Of a DNA stretch of 64,000 nt, positions 1-9,644 are shown piece by piece (position 1 is the stretch's first letter; each line of letters begins with the position of its first letter). The notes beneath the pieces are model-generated. The model saw only the letters and a list, made by a program, of their open reading frames with translations, did not search any database and was not told where the DNA came from. The stretch is from Verrucomicrobiales bacterium (GTDB lineage Bacteria; Verrucomicrobiota; Verrucomicrobiia; Verrucomicrobiales; V1-33). Location: NCBI GenBank assembly GCA_031411295.1, contig JANOAV010000010.1, positions 25,367 through 89,366 of the forward strand, in the 5' to 3' direction. Position numbers and translations under genes: made by a program.

Positions 1-1
1 G

Positions 2-208
2 AGTGTCCTTTATGAGGCGGAGGAACCCGGAGCCGCCATGGAATGGGCGATGCAAATCAGTGATCACACTTTCCGCTTGGAAAAGCTAACGCAGATCGCC
101 CGGAACTGCCCGGCTCAAAAATATCCTGACGTTGCAAAATATTTCAAAGACCCGCGGGTGGGACTTTCTGATTTGGAGGTTGAACAACTGCGGAGGGTAA
201 GCCGATGA
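2..208 (+). CDS. 3' end of a helical-repeat hypothetical protein (partial, runs off window start)
   Basis: Open frame from base 2 (SVLYEAEEPGAAMEWAMQISD...RRVSR*); TGA at 206-208 overlaps the next ATG (ATGA); EPGAAMEW resembles the repeat of the next gene. Confidence 0.7.
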   Translation, partial: SVLYEAEEPGAAMEWAMQISDHTFRLEKLTQIARNCPAQKYPDVAKYFKDPRVGLSDLEVEQLRRVSR

Positions 209-1626
209 AAACCGACCGTTTCACGAATCTGCTGATGGCAGTGCTAGGCGTGGTTCTGGGCGTGGGAATCGCGTGGCGGCAGACTCCGGCAAATCAGACT
301 AACGGGGCGCAAAACATAACCAATCAGTCGTCACCACCAGTGACACCGTTTTCGCTGCTTGCGGCCTATGAAGCCAAGAGCCCGGACGCCTACCGCGCCT
401 TGCTCTCGAACCCTCGTTTTCCGAGCAGGAAAGTATGGCTGCGCTGGGCCAAGGCGGATCCGGTCCAATGTTATGCCGAATTGATCAAGCAACCTGCGTG
501 GAAACAGATCGAAGCCGCGTTTAGTATGCGTATGAGTTATGGTCCTCCCCCGCCGGATGAGGTCATCGCCACTTTATTCATGACTTGGGTGGAACTTGAT
601 CCCAGCACCGCATTTGCCTCATTGAAAGCCATGCCAGCGTATTTCTACGCTCATCGAGCCGTTAGCAAGGTGTTGAGCCACTTGGTGGAGCGTGATCCTA
701 TGGTTGCGATCCCTTTCGTGGGGGAGTTTGGACCCAGCGCCAATTCCTTTGCTGTCGCGAAAGCAACGTGGAGCAATGTGGATCTGCCCGCGTTAGCGAA
801 GGCAGCTGAGCGCCTGCCGTCGAATTTCTATGCCGAATGTTTGCTGAAGTTGATTGCCGAAAAGTATGCCGCAGAACATCCTGAGGATGCATACAAGTGG
901 GCACAAAATTTGCAAAGCAGGGGCAGGGAAGCGCTCTTCGCAGCGGTTTTCAAACCATGGGCTGAGAGCGACCCGCAGACCGTAATGCGGCTGATGTTCC
1001 AGGCCCGAAACCCTTGCGAGCGGAAAGCAGCGGCAGGCCCACTGGCCACGCTCTTGGCCAAACAGGATCCCGCTCAGGCATGGAGCGCAGCCAAGCAGGC
1101 CGGAATGCTGCCGGACATGGAGCAAAATTTAATTATGGGCTGGGCAACCAAAACCCCAGCAGCGGCCGCGCAGTATTTCCAGGAGCAAGAGCCCGAATAT
1201 CGCTCCAAGGCCCTTCCGACTATTTTCAATCAGTGGGGGGCCAGGGATGTTAAGTCCGCCGCTGCCGCCATGGAGGGATTACCCTTCGATACAACCAAGC
1301 TGACGATCATTAAAGATCTCGTTCCGCGTTGGGCCGCAGTCGATCCCGCTGCGGCTGGGGAGTTCATTGCGGCCCAACCCTATCACAAACAAAATGAGGA
1401 TCTCGCCCGCAACATAAGTTCTCTTTGGGCACGCTCAGCACCGGCACAGGCAGCCACCTGGTCACAGAAATTACCTGAAGGGATTCGCTCGGAAGCGCTC
1501 CGGGCGGCTTATTTTGCATGGGCCAGGCAAGATCCTACGGCCGCAGGGGCCTCCGCGAATGCCATTGAGGGAAGTGCTGATCGGGAACGTGCGCTTCAGG
1601 CGGTAAATTCGGTTAAAGGGAATTAG
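205..1626 (+). CDS. Membrane-anchored hypothetical protein with W-x(3)-DP-x-AA-x(2)-W alpha-helical repeats
   Basis: 473 aa; N-terminal hydrophobic segment; recurring WAKADP, WVELDP, WAESDP, WAAVDPAAA, WARQDPTAA. Confidence 0.8.
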   Translation: MKTDRFTNLLMAVLGVVLGVGIAWRQTPANQTNGAQNITNQSSPPVTPFSLLAAYEAKSPDAYRALLSNPRFPSRKVWLRWAKADPVQCYAELIKQPAWKQIEAAFSMRMSYGPPPPDEVIATLFMTWVELDPSTAFASLKAMPAYFYAHRAVSKVLSHLVERDPMVAIPFVGEFGPSANSFAVAKATWSNVDLPALAKAAERLPSNFYAECLLKLIAEKYAAEHPEDAYKWAQNLQSRGREALFAAVFKPWAESDPQTVMRLMFQARNPCERKAAAGPLATLLAKQDPAQAWSAAKQAGMLPDMEQNLIMGWATKTPAAAAQYFQEQEPEYRSKALPTIFNQWGARDVKSAAAAMEGLPFDTTKLTIIKDLVPRWAAVDPAAAGEFIAAQPYHKQNEDLARNISSLWARSAPAQAATWSQKLPEGIRSEALRAAYFAWARQDPTAAGASANAIEGSADRERALQAVNSVKGN

Positions 1627-2150
1627 CGCAATTCACTGAGCTGCCCGGGTTCGTAATCCGATGGGATGTCGAGGTCCGGTTGCTTTACCGCCACCAGCTT
1701 CCAGTTCCAAGCGCCCCAGCCCTCCCGGCGCCAGACGAAAGTAAAAGGGACCTTCAACTTGTCCCCTTGGGAAAGGATCAGCTCGCCAATTGGAGTGAGG
1801 GGTTTCCCGCTCAGCGCAAACTCGGTAATGTAGCTGGCTTCCGGCATTCCAGGCTGATCCGAACGCTCCCAATCGGCCGATTTGACCTCTATTTTCAAGG
1901 TCAGGAACTGCGCGGAAACATCGTCCATGGAACGACGGATTTTCTCGTTGGTAAACTTCCATTCGTCCTTGTAATCGCTCGAAATCAAGTCTGCATAAGC
2001 CTTCGGCGTGCGTTGCTCGATGGCCTTCAGCAACTCCGCCTGGCGGTGCTCCAACTGCCAACTATCGAAACACCGGGGCACGCCCCACCACAGGAGGCTG
2101 ATGATCCAAAAGCCCAGCAGGATTTTCCAATAGCGACGAATAAAATTCAT
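1623..2150 (-). CDS. Hypothetical membrane-anchored protein (possibly NTF2-like fold)
   Basis: Start taken at MNFIRRYW (2150); TM segment, then YADLISSDYKD...FVWRREG...WKLV pattern. Confidence 0.65.
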   Translation of the reverse strand: MNFIRRYWKILLGFWIISLLWWGVPRCFDSWQLEHRQAELLKAIEQRTPKAYADLISSDYKDEWKFTNEKIRRSMDDVSAQFLTLKIEVKSADWERSDQPGMPEASYITEFALSGKPLTPIGELILSQGDKLKVPFTFVWRREGWGAWNWKLVAVKQPDLDIPSDYEPGQLSELR

Positions 2151-2304
2151 GATAGGCGAATGGTGGAGCAAGGCGGCGGCGGTTGCGAGGGAAAAGATTA
2201 ACCAACCTCTGGATGCCATGCCTCTGCGGCGCAAATACGGCAGGGAAACGGGTTGTCAGCGGCACGGCTTCCGCCCAGCGTTTGCTGCACCCCCCATTCT
2301 CCGC

Positions 2305-4608
2305 ATGATCCGCTTGTCCTTTTGCTATTTCTTTGCCTGCCTGCTGTCACCATTCGTGCAGGCCGCCTCCCTCACGTCTTACGCCAAGGATGTAAAACCG
2401 CTGCTGGAGAAATATTGCTGGGACTGCCATGGCGATGGCGCTAAGAAGGGAGATCTCAATTTGGATCCCTACACGGACGATGCCAGCATTCTCAAGGCCG
2501 GCAAGATCTGGGGCAGTGTAGAGTATAATGTGGAGAACTGGATGATGCCACCACCCAAGAAGACCCAACCCACGCCAGCCGAGCGGGAAGTAATCGCGCA
2601 TTACATTGATCGGGTGTTGAATCCCTTTGATGCCACGAAACCAGACCCCGGACGCGTCACCATTCGCAGGTTGAATCGCGTGGAGTATAACAACACAATG
2701 CGGGATCTCTTGGGCGTTGATGTGAAACCAGCCAACGATTTTCCGGAGGATGACACGGGCTATGGTTTCGATACTATTGGCGACGTGCTGACGATCCCGC
2801 CCATCCTCATGGAGCGCTACTTAACCGCTGCCGATAAAGTGCTGGAGGCGGCCATGCCCAATGGCAAGAGCACCTTAGAGAAGATCGTTTACAAAGCGAA
2901 TACGATCAAGGGCGATGGCCAATTGGTGGATAAAAAGGTGTTTCTCCTCACCAGCGAAGGTCTGGCCCGGGTGCAGCATGAATTTCCGATGGCAGGCGAG
3001 TATGTCCTGCGGGCCAAGGCCTATGCCAACCAAGCCGGAAATGAAGTCGCCAAGGTGGACCTGCGGTTGGAAGGTGGGGTGCTCAAGACGTTTGAGCTTA
3101 CGGCCGCTGCCGCCGAAAAGCCCCAAGTGCTGGAGGCTCGCTTTAAGGCCGAAGCTGGGCAACAGAGGATCGGCCTGCGTTTCCTGAATGATTTCTATGA
3201 CGAGAAAGCCGCCGACCCCAACAAGCGGGATCGCAACGTGTTCTTAATTTCGCTCGAAGTCGAAGGTCCGCTGGCAGGCAAAGGCGGCGGGAGTGGCAAT
3301 GCGGCCCAGAAAATCTTTGGGGCCGGCGCAGCCTTGGGGGAAACGGAGGCTGGAGCCCGGGCGATTCTGCAAGTCTTCGCCAATCGGGCCTTCCGTCGCT
3401 CGGCCATTCCGGCGGAGGTGCAGCGCTTGCTAACGATTTTTCAATTGGCGCAGAAGAAGGGGGAAAATTTCCGGGAAGCGCTGAAGCTTTCGATGAAGGC
3501 CATCCTCGTATCGCCTTATTTCATCTACCGCACCGAATGGCAGGCGGAGGCGAATAACCCCGCCATGGTCGTGGAGTTGAACGAGTTCAGCCTCGCCAGT
3601 CGTATGGCGTATTTCCTGTGGAGTTCCATGCCCGACGACGAGTTGCTGTCGCTGGCGTTTCGCAATGAATTACGAAAGAATTTGCCAGCCCAGATCACCC
3701 GCATGTTGAAGGACCCAAAGGCCCGCGCGCTGGCGCAAAACTTTGCCGGCCAATGGCTCGAAATCCGCACGCTGGATGTCGTGCAACCGGATCAGAAGCG
3801 CTTCCGTTTCCCCACTCCGCTGCGGGAAGCCATGAAACAGGAAACCGAGGAATTCTTCTGGTATATCCAGCAGGAGAACCGCAGTCTGCTGGATTTCGTG
3901 GGGGCCAACTACACGTTCGTCAATGATCGGCTGGCCACGCATTACGGCCTGCCGGGAGTAACGGGTGGGGACTTCCGTAAAGTGGAACTGCCAGCCAGCA
4001 CTTTGCGCCGCGGCATCCTAACGCAGGGCAGCGTTTTGACTCTGACCTCTGATCCCGTCCGCACCAGTCCCGTCAAACGCGGCAAGTGGATCACGGAAAA
4101 TATTCTCGGCATTGCCGCGCCTCCGCCGCCTCCGAATGTGCCGCCGCTCGACGCCAACGAACAGGGAGCACTGCAAGGCACGGTGCGGCAGCGTTTGGAG
4201 AAACATCGCACCAATCCGGGTTGCGCCTCCTGCCATGCCTTGCTGGATCCCATGGGCTTCGGACTGGAGAATTTTGATGCCATCGGCGTGCAGCGGACCC
4301 AGGAAAATGGGGTTCCCGTGGACACCATGGGCGTGTTGACCACCGGTCAGCAGTTTCATAATGCCATTGAATTGTCTGACATCATCATGAAGGACAAACG
4401 CGATGCCTTCCTGCGCTGTGTGACCAAAAAGATGTTTACCTACGCCTTGGGGCGGGCTCCGGAAGCGTATGACCGGCCTGCCATCGACACCATCATCGCC
4501 CGCCTGGGCAAGGACAATAACCGTTTCCAAACCCTGGTCACCGCACTCATCGAAAGCCTGCCGTTTCAGAAACGCCGCGGGGACTCGGCAGCCGTGAAAG
4601 CCAAGTAA
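2305..4608 (+). CDS. DUF1592/DUF1588/DUF1587/DUF1595/DUF1585 (PSD/PSCyt) protein with planctomycete cytochrome c domains
   Basis: Signal peptide; CWDCH and CASCH heme motifs; RRLNRVEYNNT..DLLG, LASRMAYFLWSSMPD, TSPVKRGKW, FTYALGR signatures. Confidence 0.9.
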   Translation: MIRLSFCYFFACLLSPFVQAASLTSYAKDVKPLLEKYCWDCHGDGAKKGDLNLDPYTDDASILKAGKIWGSVEYNVENWMMPPPKKTQPTPAEREVIAHYIDRVLNPFDATKPDPGRVTIRRLNRVEYNNTMRDLLGVDVKPANDFPEDDTGYGFDTIGDVLTIPPILMERYLTAADKVLEAAMPNGKSTLEKIVYKANTIKGDGQLVDKKVFLLTSEGLARVQHEFPMAGEYVLRAKAYANQAGNEVAKVDLRLEGGVLKTFELTAAAAEKPQVLEARFKAEAGQQRIGLRFLNDFYDEKAADPNKRDRNVFLISLEVEGPLAGKGGGSGNAAQKIFGAGAALGETEAGARAILQVFANRAFRRSAIPAEVQRLLTIFQLAQKKGENFREALKLSMKAILVSPYFIYRTEWQAEANNPAMVVELNEFSLASRMAYFLWSSMPDDELLSLAFRNELRKNLPAQITRMLKDPKARALAQNFAGQWLEIRTLDVVQPDQKRFRFPTPLREAMKQETEEFFWYIQQENRSLLDFVGANYTFVNDRLATHYGLPGVTGGDFRKVELPASTLRRGILTQGSVLTLTSDPVRTSPVKRGKWITENILGIAAPPPPPNVPPLDANEQGALQGTVRQRLEKHRTNPGCASCHALLDPMGFGLENFDAIGVQRTQENGVPVDTMGVLTTGQQFHNAIELSDIIMKDKRDAFLRCVTKKMFTYALGRAPEAYDRPAIDTIIARLGKDNNRFQTLVTALIESLPFQKRRGDSAAVKAK

Positions 4609-4675
4609 ATTCCTGCTGGCGCAGTTCGGATGCGTGGTATGTTCCCAGTCATTGACCCCTCCTGCGAATAACCTC

Positions 4676-5272
4676 ATGTGGCGCAAATTTCTCCGCACCT
4701 GCAAATGGCTCCTGCTGCTCCTCCTCTTGGTGGGTGGCTGGTTGGCGTATGTGGCGTGGGATATTTTGCAATTCAGCCGGCAGGACCAAGCCCAGCGCAG
4801 TGATGTGGCGGTGGTGCTGGGGGCGGCCGCATGGGACCACCATCCTTCCCCCGTGTTGGAAGAACGCATCAATCACGCGATTGCGCTCTACAAACGAGGC
4901 ATGGTGCGGAAGATTATATTTACCGGTGGTTATGGTGAGAAGGCCGCCATGGCGGAAAGCGAAGTGGCCCGTAACTACGCCGTGGCCCAGGGGCTGCCAG
5001 AGAAAGATCTCTTCACCGAAACCAAGAGCCACTCCACGCTCGAGAACGTCACCGAAGCCCAGAAGATCATTGCCGAGCAAAAATTCGCCACTGTCATTCT
5101 GGTGAGCGATCCGCTGCAAATGCGACGCGCCACCGCCATGATGCATGATCTGGGCGTCCTCACCATTTCCTCCCCCACCCCCACCACGCGCTTCCGCTCC
5201 AAGGATTCTAAAATGGAGTTCTTGTTCTCGGAGGCTTACAAATACGCCATTTATATGATGGCTGGTCGCTAA
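4676..5272 (+). CDS. YdcF/DUF218 family protein
   Basis: N-terminal TM; VVLGAA, IIFTGG, SESEVA-like, STLEN, LVSDPLQMRRA motifs. Confidence 0.88.
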   Translation: MWRKFLRTCKWLLLLLLLVGGWLAYVAWDILQFSRQDQAQRSDVAVVLGAAAWDHHPSPVLEERINHAIALYKRGMVRKIIFTGGYGEKAAMAESEVARNYAVAQGLPEKDLFTETKSHSTLENVTEAQKIIAEQKFATVILVSDPLQMRRATAMMHDLGVLTISSPTPTTRFRSKDSKMEFLFSEAYKYAIYMMAGR

Positions 5273-5308
5273 GTCCCCACCTGTGATGCCCGTCATTCCT
5301 GCTCCTCC

Positions 5309-6691
5309 ATGTTAGCTACGATACTTATTGTTGATGATGAACGCCACACCCGGGAAGGGCTGCGGTCCGCTCTGGAGGATGATTTCGACGTCTATATCGC
5401 CTCGGACAAACGTGAAGCCATGGAAGTCCTGGCCTCCGAACCCATTGATGTCGTGGTGACAGACCTCAGGTTGGGCGCGGACAACGGCATGGAGGTGGTG
5501 GACGAATGCCTACGCCAAGCCCAGCCACCCATCGTCATCATGATGACGGCCTATGGCTCGGTGGATACCGCAGTGGAGGCCATGAAGCGCGGAGCGTGGC
5601 ATTTCGTCACCAAACCCATCAACATTGATGAATTGGAAATTCTCATCAAACGCGCGCTGCAGAGCCGCAAACTCCAGACGGAAAATTTGGCGTTAGTCAA
5701 ACAGGTCGAGGAAAAATTCGCGCTGGATCGGATGCTCGGAAAATCCGAAGCCATGCGGCGGGTCTATGAGACCATCGAACAAGTGGCCCCCAGCAAAGCC
5801 AGCGTGCTGATCGGCGGGGAAAGCGGCACCGGCAAAGAACTGGCCGCCCATGCGATTCACAATCTCAGCGGTCGCCCCAAGGCCAAACTGGTCATCGTGC
5901 ACTGCGCTTCCCTAAGCCCGCAATTGCTGGAGAGCGAACTCTTCGGCCATGAAAAAGGTGCGTTCACTGGAGCTTCTGAAAAGCGCCTGGGACGATTTGA
6001 AATTGCCAACGGCGGCACCATCTTTCTGGATGAAATTGCGGAAATCGACATGGCGACGCAGGTTAAATTGCTGCGGGTGTTAGGCGAGCGCACGTTCGAA
6101 CGCGTCGGTGGGCATACCCCCATCAAAGTGGACGTGCGCTTGATTGCGGCCACCCACCAAGATCTCAAGGCTCTGGTGGATCAGGGGAAATTCCGGGAGG
6201 ACTTGTATTTCCGCCTCAACGTCATCAAAGTCATCCTGCCCCCGCTGCGGGATCGCAAGACCGATATCCCCCTGCTCTGTGATGCGTTTCTCAAGGAGTT
6301 CGCGAAGGAGAACCGCAAGCAAATCAAAGACTTCAGTGTGGAAGCGCAGGAGTTGCTCATGGGGTATCGCTGGCCCGGCAACGTGCGGGAACTCCGCTCC
6401 GCGTTGGAACATGCCGTCGTCATGTGCAACGGCACCCGCATCACTCCCCGGCACCTTCCCGACAGCCTGCGCGGAGTCGTGGAGCCCGCCCGGGGCGGCC
6501 CCAAACTGCTCGGCGCCCCCTCCGAACCAGAGGACCTGGATCTCTCCAAAATGGAGACCCGCTTCATCAAACGCGCTTTGGAAATAACCGACGACAACCG
6601 CACCGAAGCCGCCAAACTCCTCGGCCTCAGCCGCCGCACCCTGCAGCGTAAACTCCAGGAACTGCAGATTCGGAAGCACGAGGGCGGGTGA
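5309..6691 (+). CDS. Sigma-54-dependent response regulator (NtrC/AtoC family: REC-AAA+-Fis HTH)
   Basis: IVDDE and DLRL receiver; GESGTGKE; ESELFGHEKGAFTGA; FLDEI; WPGNVREL; C-terminal HTH. Confidence 0.95.
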   Translation: MLATILIVDDERHTREGLRSALEDDFDVYIASDKREAMEVLASEPIDVVVTDLRLGADNGMEVVDECLRQAQPPIVIMMTAYGSVDTAVEAMKRGAWHFVTKPINIDELEILIKRALQSRKLQTENLALVKQVEEKFALDRMLGKSEAMRRVYETIEQVAPSKASVLIGGESGTGKELAAHAIHNLSGRPKAKLVIVHCASLSPQLLESELFGHEKGAFTGASEKRLGRFEIANGGTIFLDEIAEIDMATQVKLLRVLGERTFERVGGHTPIKVDVRLIAATHQDLKALVDQGKFREDLYFRLNVIKVILPPLRDRKTDIPLLCDAFLKEFAKENRKQIKDFSVEAQELLMGYRWPGNVRELRSALEHAVVMCNGTRITPRHLPDSLRGVVEPARGGPKLLGAPSEPEDLDLSKMETRFIKRALEITDDNRTEAAKLLGLSRRTLQRKLQELQIRKHEGG

Positions 6692-6964
6692 GGAAGCCCA
6701 CGATCCTAGCAGCCTTCAATCCGCTTCGCGCGAAACTGCGGCCTGGAGAGTTCGTGCATTTTCGAAACGCAAAGTAGTCATCATCGCTCCGCGTGATGAC
6801 CAGCACGATTTTCCCTCCCGCCAACACCGCCCCGAATCACCCACCGCCCGCGCCACTGTCAGACCTAAGGCGCAGCAAGTTCGCATGCCCGGCTGCGCTA
6901 GTCGGGCGTGCTCCGAATTCGCATGCACCTACCTCCGACTGCCGCTAACCATGTTCGTTAGGTA

Positions 6965-7432
6965 TCATTGGTGCGATTTCGGAAGCGCCTTGAGAACAGC
7001 CTTCTTGAATTCCTCGTTGAGCCTGTTGCCAACCGAGAGTCCTGTCATCAGATGCTGGTTGCGGTCTGGGACTGGGGCAGCGTCCAGAAATGTCGTCCAA
7101 TAAGGCTCATTGAGGCGCTGAGGAATATCCGCCTGACCCCGATACGGGCCGTCGTGCAATCCGATTCGGAGCATGAATCCCTCGTAGTTTGGGCCTTCAG
7201 TGACGTGGGTCGTCGGACTCACCTCGCCGGTCATGCCGCGTCCATGAACCGTGAAAGCCATTGTTCCATGTTTCGCTACATATTCCGTGGAACTCACTTC
7301 GATCGTGGCGGCTGGAAAGTATTTGCGAATGATGGGCGTTAGCGAGCGAGCTATGTCAGCGATGGAAGTGTCCTCAGCGAGTGCTGGGGACGCAAGGAAG
7401 ACTAGGCAGAGAAAAAACCTCGGGATGTTCAT
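6965..7432 (-). CDS. Hypothetical secreted protein
   Basis: Signal peptide MNIPRFFLCLVFLASPALA; ~155 aa; no recognised domain. Confidence 0.7.
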   Translation of the reverse strand: MNIPRFFLCLVFLASPALAEDTSIADIARSLTPIIRKYFPAATIEVSSTEYVAKHGTMAFTVHGRGMTGEVSPTTHVTEGPNYEGFMLRIGLHDGPYRGQADIPQRLNEPYWTTFLDAAPVPDRNQHLMTGLSVGNRLNEEFKKAVLKALPKSHQ

Positions 7433-7916
7433 GGTCGTCAATATCTCTCAGTGTTTGGCGTTAGTTGTCAGAGCTTTGTCGGCAGACGGTAAATTATTCG
7501 TCCACACGGGACGGGTGGCGTGATGCCTAACACTCTACTTAAAAACGAAGCAGAGGGGTTGGCCGGGTTAAATTTGACCACGATATCATTTGGACGCATT
7601 CGCATAATTTCGGAGCTTCCGGTTCTTATGTCCAGCAATGGGATGATGCTGCGGTGGTTAGTCATGGATAACGCGAATCACTTTCGACGAGGTTGACGCG
7701 AGTCGCTCACAAGAGATAACGCGGTCAAGGTGAGAAACAAGCAAATTATTTTCTCCGGTGATCGAGAACCTGGCGTCAATTCGCGCAGATTGTGACGGCG
7801 GTGAGGGACTGAAGACCAAAAGGTGCTGGCGCAGCGGGAACTATAGACCAAGCGCAGTGCTGAGAGCCCGGCGGATTTCCATTGACCAAATTGCCCAGTC
7901 AGGGTTCACTGCTGAC

Positions 7917-8390
7917 ATGAAAAATTTCCTGCTGATTTGTTGTTTGCTATCACTGGTGCCATCCATGTTCGGTATGGGCCGCGCGGGCGGCGGACCCAGC
8001 TTGACTTGGCTGGTGGAAGGAGATGAATTCGAGGGGCCGAAAATGGTGCGCAAGGATGTGCAGGTGGCTCCAGATGGGAAGGTGCATTATTTCCGGGTCA
8101 CCCCCATGGTCACCCAAATCCATGTCCGGGGAATGATTCCGCGTCAGGCGGAGGACGGGAGCTGGGGGGCAACGTTCATTCTCAATGAAGAGGGCTGGCG
8201 TTCGATCCTGGTGACGGCGGCGCAAGACTCCGGGAAGCTGATTCGCGTGTATATCAACGGACGGCCACTGGAATATCAACGGGTGGAGAAACCCTCGAAG
8301 GATGACCATCTCATCGTGATCTGGAGTGGCATTACGGAAGCGGAAATGGCGCAGTTGAAGTCCAAATATAAACAGGCTCCGGCCCGCTAA
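7917..8390 (+). CDS. Hypothetical secreted protein (weak SecDF P1-head-like pattern)
   Basis: Start at MKNFLL; signal peptide; DGSWGATFILNEEG...GKLIRVYING pattern. Confidence 0.7.
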   Translation: MKNFLLICCLLSLVPSMFGMGRAGGGPSLTWLVEGDEFEGPKMVRKDVQVAPDGKVHYFRVTPMVTQIHVRGMIPRQAEDGSWGATFILNEEGWRSILVTAAQDSGKLIRVYINGRPLEYQRVEKPSKDDHLIVIWSGITEAEMAQLKSKYKQAPAR

Positions 8391-8402
8391 ACGAGACGTG
8401 TC

Positions 8403-9638
8403 GTGACCATTTTTTCCCACCCTGCTCCTCGGATTGCAGTCGCGATGGCACTACTGGGGCTGAGCGTGGCTGGGTGTAAGCGGAAGGAACCAGCCCCGGC
8501 ACCCACCCCAGCGCCCACGCCGACACCGGCACCGCAGCCGAAACCCAAGCCGCCGGAGAAGCCTGCCCCGCCTCCCCAGCCGCCAGGACCTGCGTTGCTG
8601 AAATTCCAACTACCGACGACCAACCGTGGTCTGTTGGAAAATAATAACCCAGCGTTCTTCATGTATGTGAAGCGCGCCACGGTCTCCGGAGATGTGAAGG
8701 TCTGGCAGGCGGGCCAGTATGGATTCGTGCGGGATCCCAAGATGTTGAAGGACGGGAACATTGTTTACACCCGTTTCCACGAAGGCATGGATGTGGCTCC
8801 GATGATCCGTGATCTTCAGGGCGAGCCAGAGGATGAGGTCCGCGCCATGGCCGATGGCATCGTGGTGTATACCAACACGCAGGGTGGCAAGGGTAGTTAC
8901 GGCAATTACGCCATCATCGAACATGCCACGGAGGACGGTCCGTTTTACAGTCTCAGTGCGCATCTCCGCGAAATAAAAGTTCCCCGCGGCACCAAGGTCA
9001 AGCTGGGTGACATCATCGGTATTATGGGCCACACCGGGACGGGGATCGACCGTGAGCGCTCGCATACTCATGTAGAGTTGAATATGCTGCTGAATCCCAA
9101 GGTTGCGCTCTGGAACCGGGCCCCAGAACCTCCTGCGCCTAAACCCACCCTCAAACCAACGACCACAGCCAAACCAGTGAAGGGTCAGCCACCTGCAAAA
9201 CCCGCCGCCAAAGTCGTTGCCCCCGCCGCGCCCGTGATCAATGGCCAGAACCTGGTGGGCCTGGATGTAGGGGCGTGGTTGCGCACCCACTATCAAAAGC
9301 CAGAAACGCGGCTGGCCGATTTCATTCGCAAGGAACCGGCCTATTTCAAATTACAGGTGCCCTGCCGAGGAATGGAGTTGGAGATTGTGAAACGTTACCC
9401 CTGGCTGCGCGCTCCGGGCCCCATCGGCTTGGCCTGGGAGATCTCCGTCGGGGCTTCGTCCCTGCCGCTCAAGGTTGCTCCCATGGCGGATAAGGTTGAT
9501 TTCCCGGCGGTTAGTTGGGTCCAACCCTTCGTGGGAAATCACGCCTGGAAATCACGCGACATGCTCCAAGGCTCCGGCACCATCGCAACGCTGAGTCCGC
9601 ATGGACTGGCGTGGCTGAAGTTGATTCTGGAGAATTAG
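8403..9638 (+). CDS. M23 family metallopeptidase, putative lipoprotein
   Basis: Lipobox-like VAGC; Pro-rich linker; HEGMD, YGNY, AHL, HTH zinc motifs. Confidence 0.9.
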   Translation: MTIFSHPAPRIAVAMALLGLSVAGCKRKEPAPAPTPAPTPTPAPQPKPKPPEKPAPPPQPPGPALLKFQLPTTNRGLLENNNPAFFMYVKRATVSGDVKVWQAGQYGFVRDPKMLKDGNIVYTRFHEGMDVAPMIRDLQGEPEDEVRAMADGIVVYTNTQGGKGSYGNYAIIEHATEDGPFYSLSAHLREIKVPRGTKVKLGDIIGIMGHTGTGIDRERSHTHVELNMLLNPKVALWNRAPEPPAPKPTLKPTTTAKPVKGQPPAKPAAKVVAPAAPVINGQNLVGLDVGAWLRTHYQKPETRLADFIRKEPAYFKLQVPCRGMELEIVKRYPWLRAPGPIGLAWEISVGASSLPLKVAPMADKVDFPAVSWVQPFVGNHAWKSRDMLQGSGTIATLSPHGLAWLKLILEN

Positions 9639-9644
9639 ACGATC

